From Seison nebaliae (Eukaryota), in the NCBI GenBank assembly GCA_023231475.1, contig JALJEE010000177.1, positions 1 through 45,738 of the forward strand: 45,738 bases of DNA, in the 5' to 3' direction. Positions 13,225 through 25,080 of this stretch are shown here, piece by piece. The position numbers and the translations under genes are program-made. Every line of letters begins with the position of its first letter. The first letter of the stretch is position 1. The notes below the pieces were generated by a model. It was not told the DNA's origin. It did no database searches and was given only the letters and a program-made list of their open reading frames with translations.

Positions 13225-14172
13225 ATTAAAATTTTAGACAACAACATCTGATAGAAAAGGGAAAATATTCAAATAAAAGAATAGATATTCAATCGAAATT
13301 GTGGAAATAGTTTTATACTTTTCTTTTTTTTTTGTTAAATTCAGAAGAAATGAGATTCAATATTTGGTTGTTCTTTTTTTTTTTTAATTTCAACATTAAG
13401 AGTTCTTTTCCTGTCGAATTCTCGATATAGTTGTCGAGAAGGAATAACGACAGACGACAGAAATAAATCGGAATGGAATTAGGTGAACATATTCGCTGAG
13501 AAGAGAATGACTAAAGAGATACACTATTCATTCCACCTTGGTTCGCCTTTTTTTCTCCCATTCAGTAACATGATCATTATCATTCCTACTATTTGAATTA
13601 TCACGATTATCATAACAATTATCATTGATCGACTATTGGACATAGACGCTATTCTATATTTGTAATCATCTCTACTGCTGCCATTTACTGCTGCCGTCTA
13701 TTCTCTTCCTATCCGGTTGGGTGAATGAAGAGAAATGGTCGACGAACGTACAGAGACTTCGCCGAGAATCTTTCTATCTTCTTCCACCTCCTCCCTCTCA
13801 CCAGTCTGGAGGTGAATTGGCGCTCCGTTGAACAGAGATGGCCCATTCATAGAGAAAAGGGAAAAAAGAAACAATTGGAGTGGAAAATATCGGAGGGAAT
13901 AGTATGGGGAAGGAGACTGATAAAGTGACAAGCTGAATATAATCATCATTCGAACTTTAAAGGGAATAGTTACCTCATAAAATTTTTCCTTTTTCTTTTA
14001 TTTTTCATTAAAGAAAACCTAAAGAGATGAATATGCCAATCATCATCGCCATCATGAACGACATCATCTCATTCAGTTGGGATGAAGGAGAAAGGGAAAA
14101 TTTCAAATGTTTACAACTTTCCATGAGTAAATAGATTGAACGTCATCCTCAATAATCATCACAATCGATAAA

Positions 14173-14203
<31 letters not shown>
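14173..14203. repeat. (GA)n microsatellite
   Basis: Direct read; lies in the non-coding region upstream of the PIM gene. Confidence 0.85.
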
Positions 14204-14204
<1 letters not shown>

Positions 14205-16587
14205 CAGAAGAACAAGGAAAATATAATTCGGTCTTAGTTACACCAAAATCAATCGAATTGAATAATGGCGGCTATTTTTGAAAGGTAAAGGCTTAGGCTT
14301 TTCCACGTTCCACTCCCTCTACAATCACTTCGTCTTGTCTTCATACAATCAACTCACTGGGAGAGATATAGACTTAAATTGGAATTCCATTAACCAATTC
14401 CATTTAATAACAATTGCTCCCCTCCTAACTGGATAGGTCGGAAAGAATATGTTCTTTCTGTGTTTCTCCATTGGAAAACTTTCAGAAAAAGAGTAATTGA
14501 CAATAGAAATGTCTCTTCCAATCACTGAGATATGGGTAGACCTGATATTAATTGGAAGCTAAAATTTCCAGTTGAAAAACAGAGATATCCATTTGATTCG
14601 AACATAAATATCAGACGATTAATTTGAGGTCGACAAGACGAATCTCTTCTTATATGGAACGAACAGATAGAGATCGGTTCGATGGCAAGATAGAGATGTC
14701 TCCCCCGAAAGAATTAATCAATATTTATTGAACTTTCTCAAATGTGATCGCATATGGTGAATGAAATAGATTCTCTTCTTATACAGATCGTATAATCGAC
14801 CACAAGTTGGGAGAATCACAATCGACATCCCTCCCACCTCCCTCGTTCTCATTTATTCAGCAGATATCAGAAATTTCCTTATGAAGAATTACTTCCGATT
14901 TTACTCTCGTTCGAGAGAAAGGTGGGGAATGTCAATAAAAAGTATAATTATAAATCCCTTCTTCCAATTCAAATTGAGAATTACATCAATAAATTTTAAA
15001 TTTAAATTAATTTTCATTAATTTTCCCGAAAACTATCAAATAAAGATGAAAGTTGAAATGAAGAAATCAATATGATTAAGAATAAGTAGAATATACAGAA
15101 TGTTGAAAGATTATTATTAAAGAAATTATCTCGATACAAATCATTTTATTCTCATATTATAGTCACAAACTTTCATTCTAATCGAACTAATTAGAGTACT
15201 TGATTGATGAACTAATGTGACGATAATTCTAATCAGCTGCATATTAATAAGAGTGAAATAACTTCGAACGGTCTGAGTATTAAAACTTGGAAAACAGATC
15301 AATTTTGGAAAGAACATGGATATATTAAAAAAAAAGTAGATCAACGGTGAAACTTGGTCGATACATTGTATGTGGGGGGAATGATGATGATAATTTCTTA
15401 TTCATTTCACTCGATCTGACGAAAATCTCGTCGAATAATTAATAAGAAATGATTAAATAAATATTTTTAAGGGAATTGGTGGCGATGAGAGATTTAGTAT
15501 ATATTTCTTTATGTGAATGAAAAGATTTTTTCTTAATTCTTTTTCACAATAAATTTATCCGAAAGAATAAATAAAAAACTAGAGTTTGGACGTTTTCATA
15601 TGAGGGAAGATATGGAATCTTTCAATTAAACCATTGAGATAAATAGGACAAAAGGAAATTTACGAAAACTTTCATAAAGAAATCATAGTGTGTAAGTCAT
15701 AGACGAAAATAGGATACTACATATCTATCGCTTGCATAACCATTGAGTGACAAGTATAAAAAATTTCTCATAATTAATCGAATGGATGGTAGTTAGTTAT
15801 GTGGTGGACTATTATCATTTACCTTATCATTCTCACTTCAGTTATTGTTTCTTTCTTTCTTTCTTTGTTGTGATTCCTGCCCACCAATAAACTCTTATAA
15901 AAGTCATTTCGTGATGTAATGATCAATAATGAACGAGAAAATATCAATAATTAAAACGACAACAACAACAACAACGATGGGGCATAATTAGAGACAATTA
16001 GATAAATGAGAAAGAACACATCACTAATTTCGTCTGAGACAACTGAAGAAAAGATAATACAAATTTCATAAGTTGAAGTACAAGAAAATAAAAAAATTTA
16101 TCGATAAATGAAGAAGAGATGAGAGAATACATGCCCAGTCGTTATATTTTAGTTTTCGAATGATTTACTACATACACATACATACGCACATATAGACATG
16201 CATGCAGGTCCTTGCCTACACACTACATTACTCCCAAACACACATTCTTTCGCATGTTCTAATCACATGAAGTATCGATGTTCCCCATCCTTCCGCTTGC
16301 TCCCCTCCCCGAAACTCCCTAGAAATGTACATGTACGAACGTTCAGTTCCATCCTCCTGATCAACCATTATCGTCATCAGTGAACATCGTCTGTCTTCTC
16401 GTAAAATGTTCATCTGATCTGATTAATATTCAACACTCATATTCATCTACTCAATAAATGAAGGAAAAAGTTGTTGGCTTAGTTTCATTACATTCAGATA
16501 TCCTAACTTCACCAAATCAACAATGTTAATTGAATGGATCATACAAATCAGTAGAATGATAAGAATATAAAAAATGTCATGCGGGGA

Positions 16588-16902
16588 TTTCGTCACCTTT
16601 TTTTTCCCACTCCCATTCGGACAATTCGCCACCCAAATAATGGACAGTTCGCCACCCTAATAATGGACAGTTCGCCATTCTACTAATGGATTTTAGGTGT
16701 TTTCGCCACCATTTTATATAAATCTGAGCTATAGCGAGGTAGGGAATAGGCGAAAATGCCGAAAATATACAAACATGGTGGCGAACTGTCCATTTTAAGA
16801 AAATTAAGCTCAGATTTGTATAAATGGGTGGCTAAAACACCAAAAATGCATAAGTAGAGTGGCGAACTGTCCGAATCGGAGTGGGGAAAAAAGGTGGCGA
16901 AA
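16588..16902. mobile_element. MITE/foldback-like non-autonomous element with long inverted arms
   Basis: Left arm TTTCGTCACCTTTTTTTTCCCACTCCCATTCGGACAATTCGCCAC...TCTACTAATGGATTTTAGGTG...AAATCTGAGCT (16588-16730) pairs with the reverse complement of 16807-16902. The motif TTCGCCAC recurs about 10 times in both orientations. No clear target-site duplication. Confidence 0.8.
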
Positions 16903-17792
16903 ACATCGGGATTCTGAAAAATAACATAATAAACCTTCCTAACAATTCCTAAAAATAATAATAAATAAAGTTTTGAAAATGAATAGATTTAAAAGTTTTT
17001 AAATAATTAAAAAACAGTCGGAATAACAATAATAACAACAAAAATAATAACAATAACAGCATATAAGCAACGTGTAATAACATTAAGAAAGTTCAATAAA
17101 AAAAGAAAACAGAAGGTTGGGATGAAACAAGTTAAGGAAAGCATTCAATTGAAATGACAAAAATGAATGTAGGAAACATTTTATTTCATTGAAAATAGAA
17201 GGAAAAATTATGAGGAGAAAGTGATTGAATTTGATGAAGAAGAATTATAATGATGGAATTATAATAAATAAGAACATATATGGCCACATAGATCCACATC
17301 GCTTGAACTGAATGTGTGTTTGTATATGTGAATATAAAATGAATTTTCAAAGAAAAATAACATTTCTTTCTTATTTTTTTTTCGACTATCGAAATCATTT
17401 AGTCGATGAAAAGCTTTTTTATCAACACATGGATAGGATCGAAGACATTTTCATTAATTTAAACTTTTTCTTCTTCTCAATTAACCGATATGGGATTCCC
17501 TCTATATATTTCCTTTTTCAAAATTTATTAAATCTCCATTTCATTTCGTCTGGAATTATCTCATCAATGAATCATTGAAGTTCAATTGATTGAACTGTCT
17601 CATGCTTTTTCCCATTCATTTACGCTTCTTTCTACCTGCCAACTTGAACTTTTCTCAGTTTTCTTTTCAAATATTTTACAAGAATTAGTTCGAATCAAAT
17701 CAATTCAGTTTCGATCAGAAACAGAATTAGTCAATTTTATATAAATATTCTATCGAATAAAAAAAGGAATGATATTTAAGAATTCTTCCGAA

Positions 17793-19704
17793 CTACAAGA
17801 ATAGTTGACGTGTAATTTGATATAATTTACAGATTGTTTGCAACGTTAAATAAAGAACTCGATTACCGATACCAGTCGATCGGAATAGATAGTAGAACCA
17901 GAATGCTCCAATTGTACATCGAAATAAGAATCTTATAAATTTCAATCTAACCCCAAAAATGAAATGCATTATTAATATATAAGAGAATTTTATGAACTTT
18001 TTTAAATTAGATATTGATCCTCCTACATTGTTGATATCTTCTTTCAACAAAAATTTCTTACATCCCAAACAATAATCTTTCATATAAATCTTCCAATTCA
18101 TTGACATAAGATTAAAATTAAACATCTAAATGAGATATGAGGGGAATTATGAGAAGAAAATGAAATGGAAACTTGTTTATCAAAACCGCTTAATTCTTCA
18201 TGTAATCGTTGAGCATTTTGATTGACGAAACACCATTCATGAGAAGTGAAATATTGAAGACTTTGAATTGCACGTGCTAAACGTGTTTGGATTCTCATAA
18301 ATTTTGGTTTTCTTCCCATCAATTGCAATAACATGTCGAATATATATGAGGGCAATTGTTGTTCGATAGCGTAACGAATTGAGTGAACGAGACGACTTCG
18401 AGTAAATTTCGGGTTGGGAACCATCACCACATTTTCCAACGGGAATTCCTCATATGTTTTCAACGCCGCTAATTCCATCATTTTCCAAGTGAACGGTTTA
18501 ATTTGACCGCTCGTACAATTGAAGACGATAGGTTTTCTCGGTTTCTTCATCGAAATATACCAAGCTACAGCAATCGTCATATTTGAAATGATATCGACTG
18601 GTAAAATATCAGCAACTAATTCTCGTCCTCCCAACATACTTCGTAATACACCTGTTCCTAACTGGAATGAATATGAAAATGATAATGAGAAGAATACAAC
18701 TAAACTGCAACGAAGAGACCACTAGGACCGTTGAAATTATCAACCCATCCAGGAAACGGTTCACGCCATGTAGCTCCGATAATTGATGGACGTACAATGG
18801 CGATTGGTGCTCGAAGATTCTCTGCTTCGAATGCCAAATAATATTCTGCCACTGATTTGGTGAACGTGTATGTGTTGGGTCGATCACCTAAAAGATAAGA
18901 TTGAATTGAATTCATTGTGTCGTCGTCCATCCATTCGGAGATGTCAATCAATTGTTGAGGAGTGACCGTTGAAGATGAGGGGAAGAGTTCAGTTGGACAA
19001 ACGAAATTCTTAGAATAATGTTTTAAAGCAGAATCATTTTTAAAGTGAATTTTCTGTCCACTTATTTCATTTTCTTCATTGAAATGAATTAATTTCTTTT
19101 TTATTAGAGAAGTGCAACCGATTCGTGGTTGATAAATTCTCTCGTCAATATGAGATCGATCACAATTCGCATAAGCTGTACTGATATGAACGAAAACGAA
19201 TAATTTCTTCATTTCTTTAGCCAATTGGATCATTTGATAGACTCCTTTAATATTCATTCGAATAGCAAATTTTAAAGGTTCATCAAAACGAACGGTAGCC
19301 GCTGAATGAATAATCACATTCACTTCTTCAATTAACATCAATCTATCCGCTTCTGATATTCCCAATTTCTCCTCCAAAATATCGCCATGAATTGGAAGTA
19401 TCTTTAACTTCGCTTCATCCACTGACAACAGAGGTGATTCTTCCGCGAAATCATTTCGAGCAAATATTTTGTCGAACAACTTCATCTCCAACATTCCATC
19501 AATTCTTTGAATGATATTTTGATTCTTTTTCGGGCGTATTAGAAGATATAATTTGTCGAATGTGTTACATGATCGCAAAAATTTTTCTATAAGAACTTTT
19601 CCCACGAAACCAGTTCCACCAGTCAGAAAAATTGTTTTGTTACCAAAATATTGCTGAATATGAGAGATATTCGATTCATCAATCAACGGTAGATCAGATT
19701 CCAT
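17793..19704 (-). CDS. FAR1: Fatty acyl-CoA reductase (male-sterility/NAD_binding_4 + Sterile domain)
   Basis: TGGTGFVGK, HSAATVRFDE, HISTAYANC, YTFTK, IVRPSII..EPFPGW. Introns 18662-18705, 18126-18172 and a probable in-frame intron 17947-17997. Likely ATG at 19704. Confidence 0.92.
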
Positions 19705-20372
19705 CTTCACTCTCAAGAGGGAAAATTTAAGCTTATTCTTCAAATTGATTTATTTTCTTCTATTTCTCTACCTGTTTTCTAATTAATATAGTTCTTCATT
19801 TTGTTGAGGATCGGGTTCAATTGATTGAAATTTTTTGATAATTATGAATTTTTTAAATAGTATATATATTTATAATGCTTCCGAATAATTAATATATAAA
19901 TTATAAGATAAAAGAAATGAAAATAATAGTGTTCAATCTTCTTTCATAGTTTTTCCTTCCTATTAAAAATAAAATTCCTTCTGAAGTAGATTCTTTGTTT
20001 TAGATTTTATTCTAACTTTACATCAGTATAATCGAATAAATAATCAGTATAACGATGATCATAATTATTTAGATATAACAACAATTTAGATAATTCGGAA
20101 AAACTTTTTAAATGTTTTTTTTAATTATTATGTTCACCTATTAGTATATTATAGTATCTTTGTCATTACTTTATAATAAATTGAATATGGATAATAGTTC
20201 AATTCCAATGTAGTATTTCCTAAAATTAGTCATCTATTTTAGAGATATGCGAGAATATAAAAAATATAATATAGTTTAAAACAAATTCAGTTTTGAAAGA
20301 AAATGGGTTTATTGTAGATATATCTACTAATGGATCTAATTATAATTAGATGAAAACTATGAATATAAATTC

Positions 20373-21377
20373 TTAAAGACTTTTTAAATGTTTTTCCACA
20401 AAAAAATTCGAAATTATTTGATAGGTTTCTTTATTGGCCTTAGGACATAACTTCGGTCTCAATAAATATCCATGAAGTACGCCTTTAATTATGTGTAGTT
20501 GTGATTGAAAATTGTTGGCAAGAAGTTTCTGATGATATTTAATGCTATCGCCAGTAAGCGGGTCACAACTCGCTGCAATGAAGAGGGAAGGATGTTTATG
20601 AACGTTTTTCAACTCGAATAATCCTCTGGATACTAGTGGGGAATTAATGACATTCGACCATTCTTCAGTGGGGACACGACTTAGGAACATTTTCAAAAAA
20701 GTTTGAATAGCTTCATATTCTAAGGCATATCCTTTCAAATAATGTTTCGTATATTCATCTCTATCCCAATCATAATCTATATAGAGACTTGGATATATGT
20801 ATAAACAAGCATCAATTTCAAGTTCCTGAGAAATTGCCGCAGTCAGTAATCCACCAGCGCTATCTCCCCCCACAATAAATTTTAATGGAATATCTTTAGA
20901 TAATGGGAGGAAACTCTTAAAGAAGGAAGTATTCGTTTTAACTTCTTGGACAGTTTTTATAGAGTTAACTATCATTTCAGTGTGAGGAGTTTCCGGCGCC
21001 AACGGATAATCGACACTTATCCATAGTGCATTAGTTGCTTCAGCTATAGGCATCACTGAGTAACGATGTGTGACAATAGAACCGAGACACCATCCTCCTC
21101 CATGGAAATAAATGCCAATTGTTAACAATTGTGTAATATCTTTCAACGAGTCTGGGATATACATTTCAAAGGGATATGATAATATTCCATTGTTCCCGTC
21201 AAAAAATTTGTATGTTCCTTTGAAATATTCTTTCAAATTTATATCTTCGTTTGAAGATATTACATCGTCAACAATTAAGTTTCGAATTCCTTCCAAGTCT
21301 GTTTTTTCATATTTTGCAGCTTCCAATTTTTTGAATTGATTCAGATGTCGTTTACCTTCTTCATTTATTTCTTCCAT
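20373..21377 (-). CDS. HSL-family (Abhydrolase_3) esterase/lipase, intronless
   Basis: YFHGGGW oxyanion motif, SVDYPLAPE, GDSAGG nucleophile elbow, CDPL (Asp) and HGY (His). Confidence 0.9.
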   Translation of the reverse strand: MEEINEEGKRHLNQFKKLEAAKYEKTDLEGIRNLIVDDVISSNEDINLKEYFKGTYKFFDGNNGILSYPFEMYIPDSLKDITQLLTIGIYFHGGGWCLGSIVTHRYSVMPIAEATNALWISVDYPLAPETPHTEMIVNSIKTVQEVKTNTSFFKSFLPLSKDIPLKFIVGGDSAGGLLTAAISQELEIDACLYIYPSLYIDYDWDRDEYTKHYLKGYALEYEAIQTFLKMFLSRVPTEEWSNVINSPLVSRGLFELKNVHKHPSLFIAASCDPLTGDSIKYHQKLLANNFQSQLHIIKGVLHGYLLRPKLCPKANKETYQIISNFFVEKHLKSL

Positions 21378-22073
21378 TTTCAATTTCGTTGGAACTAATT
21401 GTAATATGATTTAAATTAAATTTGAAACTATTCATTTTATAACCTTGAACTTTGGAATTCTTATCATTTGATGGTTATGATTTCACATTTTATTTGTTTT
21501 ACCATTTTTTTCTTTACTTTATTTTAGATATTATATTAATTCAAAACTCCAATGATAATAAAAAATTTTTTCCTGCTTCATTTCCAAATATACGTCCTTG
21601 ATTATCTCTGATATAATCCTGCTCAATTCTAAAAATTATTAAAATTGCAACTTTTACAAAAATGTTTATCTTCCTTTTTAAATTTTAGAGAATTTAAATA
21701 AATATATACATATCGTTTAACATTTTAAAGTTTAACAGTTAAATATTCGTCAATAACGTCCAACGATAGATTCGAAGGGCATTATTTTGACCTTTCTCTC
21801 CTAACATTTCCATAGGAAGCAACTTTCAGATAATATACACAGATAATTAAAAAATAATTAATAATTTATACAATAAATAAATTCTATAACTTAACGAATA
21901 ATTGTCCTTGAATTACTATAAAATTTAGTATCGATGACGTTAAAATGTTTCATCATATATGATTACATTATGTATATGAAGACGAAATACAGTAATTTAT
22001 AAACGCATTATATTATAAATAATTGAAAGGAAAGAATTTATTCTAAAGGAAAATATCACTCGATCATTATCCC

Positions 22074-23054
22074 ATGGAATTTTTTCGGAAGAAGTTTTTC
22101 GCAGGTGGTGTTTGTGAATCAGGCAACCGTTTAGAGAATAAAGTAGTAGTGATAACTGGTGGTAATACTGGTATTGGAAAAGCAACAGCAGAAAACTTGG
22201 CAACCAGAGGCGCTCGAGTGATTATATTGTGTCGTGATGAGGGGAAAGGTTTGGCGGCAGTTAATGAATTGAAAACGAAGACTTTCAATGATAATATTGA
22301 AATGATTCAATTGGATCTCAGTTGCATTAATTCAATAAAGAAAGGAACTGAAGAATTAAGAAAAAAGACAACGAAAATAAACATATTAATTCTGAATGCT
22401 GGAATAATGGCATGTGATGAATTGAAGACAAATGATGGTTTCGACATGCAAATGGGTGTTAATCATTTAGGACACTTTTTGTTTACGTCATTGGTCATCG
22501 ACTTATTGAAAGTAGAAAATTCGTCTGACAATTGTGAGAAAAGTAGAATTGTGGTTCTATCATCGATGGCGCACACAGTAAGTGATAACTTGAAATTTGA
22601 AGATAAATATTACGAAGATAAGACTGCTATTCCGAAAGGGAAAGTTACCGATTTCAATTTCCAACACATCAGCTACAGTAGAACATTAGCTTATGGAAGA
22701 TCCAAATTAGCTAATATATTATTTGTCAGAGAATTAGCTAGACGAGTGAAAAAAAACAACATCAATGCGTATGCTGTACATCCGGGAGTAGTAAAAACAG
22801 AATTAACTCGTTATTTACCATCTTCAATGAAAATTCCGTTGTCTATGATGAATCCTTTTACGAAGACTATAACCGAAGGTGCCCAGACGACAATTGCTTG
22901 TGCAGTGGATGATTCATTCGAAAACGCTACTGGACTCTATTATGCTGATTGTTTACCAAAACTTCCATCAGAACAAGCTCAAAATGATAATTCAGCTAGG
23001 GCTCTTTGGAAATGGTCAGAAGATCAATTATCTATAAAGTTCCAAGAAGTATAA
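22074..23054 (+). CDS. Retinol dehydrogenase 11-14-like short-chain dehydrogenase/reductase, intronless
   Basis: ITGGNTGIG, ILNAG, NHLGHF, YGRSK (YxxxK), VHPGVVKTEL, GAQT, LWKWSE. Confidence 0.92.
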   Translation: MEFFRKKFFAGGVCESGNRLENKVVVITGGNTGIGKATAENLATRGARVIILCRDEGKGLAAVNELKTKTFNDNIEMIQLDLSCINSIKKGTEELRKKTTKINILILNAGIMACDELKTNDGFDMQMGVNHLGHFLFTSLVIDLLKVENSSDNCEKSRIVVLSSMAHTVSDNLKFEDKYYEDKTAIPKGKVTDFNFQHISYSRTLAYGRSKLANILFVRELARRVKKNNINAYAVHPGVVKTELTRYLPSSMKIPLSMMNPFTKTITEGAQTTIACAVDDSFENATGLYYADCLPKLPSEQAQNDNSARALWKWSEDQLSIKFQEV

Positions 23055-23835
23055 TTTTCTGTGAAATTTTCATTTTACTAATACTATTTTTGCTTTAAAT
23101 TAAAATTTTACACCATGCGACATATTGACAGAACCAAACAGAATTAATTAGAAATATGTTTATTTAATCCTTATTAAAAATCAGAATTTAAAGAAAGCGG
23201 ATTTCTAAAAGACAAAAATGTTTAGTTTCAATTTAACAATAAAAAACGAATTAATTGTAAAATATTCTGTTTCCATATGAAAAATTGATGCTGAATATAA
23301 AAAAAATGTTATGATTGTTTAATAATTACATAATTATCGAGCACTTTTCGAAAATGGTTACCTTCGATTATCTAACAATTATTGTAAGTGAGAATGTTTT
23401 ATTGACCTGTTTAAATTATCGCATCTTCTTCAGCATTCCAGAAATTCAAATTTTTATTGAAATTGGTTATGCTAAAGTATATTTTTTGTATTTTCTGTGC
23501 CCGTTTTTAAATATGATACCTATTGCATAATTGAAGTTTGGGTTTTGAAGGTTCCTCAACCCAGCACAAACGAAAATGATAGTTGGTGTCTTAGATAAAT
23601 CGTACATGCTGGAGGGCTTTGGAGGTGATGTTGGAATGAATCAAGCGAATTATTCAAATTAAAAGGAATAAATAAGAGTGTCGTCAATCACTTAAATGAG
23701 GTCAGATTACAGATACTGATTATTTAGCATAATTTAAGTTCCCGAAGTATAAAGAAAGGTTATGAAGAATATGTAGAAATGTAATATGATAATGAAATGT
23801 AGAAATTATACATTCAAATGAGTATTGGTAATTAT

Positions 23836-24148
23836 TCCTCCAGAAGAACCATTGACTCGTGCTATCAATTTAACATTGGTTGAACATGATTAATACCAAG
23901 TAAACTGGTTTATTTTTTTTACTATATTGATCCATTACTTGAATAATCGATAATGTTTTGGACAAAGTATTGAAATCATTCGTTCTCAATTGTCTAATCT
24001 TTTCGCTCAAATTTGGAATCCGAATTAGATGTTTGGTTCCTATGGAATATCTCTGTTGAAACTGTAGAGTTTTCACATTGTTGAAAATGCCTCGAAACAT
24101 TGTAATAAGATGTTCCAAATCAGGATAATGTTTAACGGTAAAAATCAT
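23836..24148 (-). CDS. Possible small orphan gene
   Basis: 92-aa ORF with a plausible ~44-nt GTT..TAG intron after NKP leading to HESMVLLEE*. No recognisable motif; ends approximate. Confidence 0.25.
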
Positions 24149-24439
24149 ATGAAAGTTCCTTCATTTGAAAATATTTGTGTATGATGCAAATACCATGAAA
24201 AAATTACCAGACAGATTAGTACATTATTTGTTCAAGTTTTACGAAATAATTTTTATATTCTCAATAATGAGGACAACTAATTATATTGACATCTTAATTG
24301 ATAGTTTTATAATTTGTTAATTAAAAGCGATGTGGGTGAAATTGGTTAAAACGAAAATAATCGTATTCTTAAAGTAAATTAATCCAAAATCAATTAATTT
24401 AAAATTTTTGTTTCACTATCCTTATTATACTGATAAACG

Positions 24440-24670
24440 ATGATTACTCCAATTGTCCTTTCAATCATCTTTGCTACAATTCTCGTTGTTCTACTAAGCA
24501 TTATAGGTCGGTGTTATTGGCACAGACAAAAGTCTCAGGACGTAAAAGCGCTGATCTGTAGAGATAATCAAGTGCATGAAACCAAATTTAATCTTGGTAA
24601 ATCAAACATACCATCTAAATCAATATCATTACCAGCCTTCCCCTCTTTTTACACTACTTGTAAATGTTGA
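24440..24670 (+). CDS. Small single-pass membrane protein, unknown
   Basis: ATG, ~21 hydrophobic residues (PIVLSIIFATILVVLLSII), then basic GRCYWHRQK, a typical stop-transfer pattern. Confidence 0.45.
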   Translation: MITPIVLSIIFATILVVLLSIIGRCYWHRQKSQDVKALICRDNQVHETKFNLGKSNIPSKSISLPAFPSFYTTCKC

Positions 24671-25080
24671 ATTGTAAATGTGAATCAAATCACTAACAAA
24701 TACATACATCATCAACTCGAAAGTTTTAGCAAATAACCTTCTCAATTTTCATAGAAAAGAAGAAAAATCGACAATTTGTGGATCGAATACTTTGATATTG
24801 AGAATTATAATATACTAAATGAATACGAACAAATAATTATAGTTCCCATAAAAATATACAGAAAATGAGAGAAAAGAAAAAAAAATTAATTTTAAAGAAC
24901 ATAAAATAATAGAAATAAAGAACAACGTCTCCTTACAAATAAGTTTCAAAGAAATATTTTAAAATAGTAGCTTCTTGTGAAAACCTACGAAAACGAATTT
25001 TCATCTAATTGTTTATCTGATAAATTTGAACATTTACTACTGTTCCATATTCTCCTTTTTCGTTTGGTAAGAAGAGAAGG

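Noticed and set aside
8084..13237. Plus-strand ORFs within the PIM gene (and similar shadow ORFs inside DHX8, FAR, Cdt1, SMPD1)
   Set aside because: Antisense or alternate-frame shadows of well-supported CDSs, with no motifs of their own.
14262..14272. ATAATGGCGGC, YY1-like site
   Set aside because: A single imperfect short motif with no TSS evidence.
13698..16413. Short ORFs upstream of PIM
   Set aside because: No motifs or coherent exon chain; more likely 5' UTR, intron or regulatory DNA.
16615..16680. Short direct repeats resembling a CRISPR array
   Set aside because: No unique spacers and no cas genes; eukaryotic context; the repeats are part of an inverted-repeat element.
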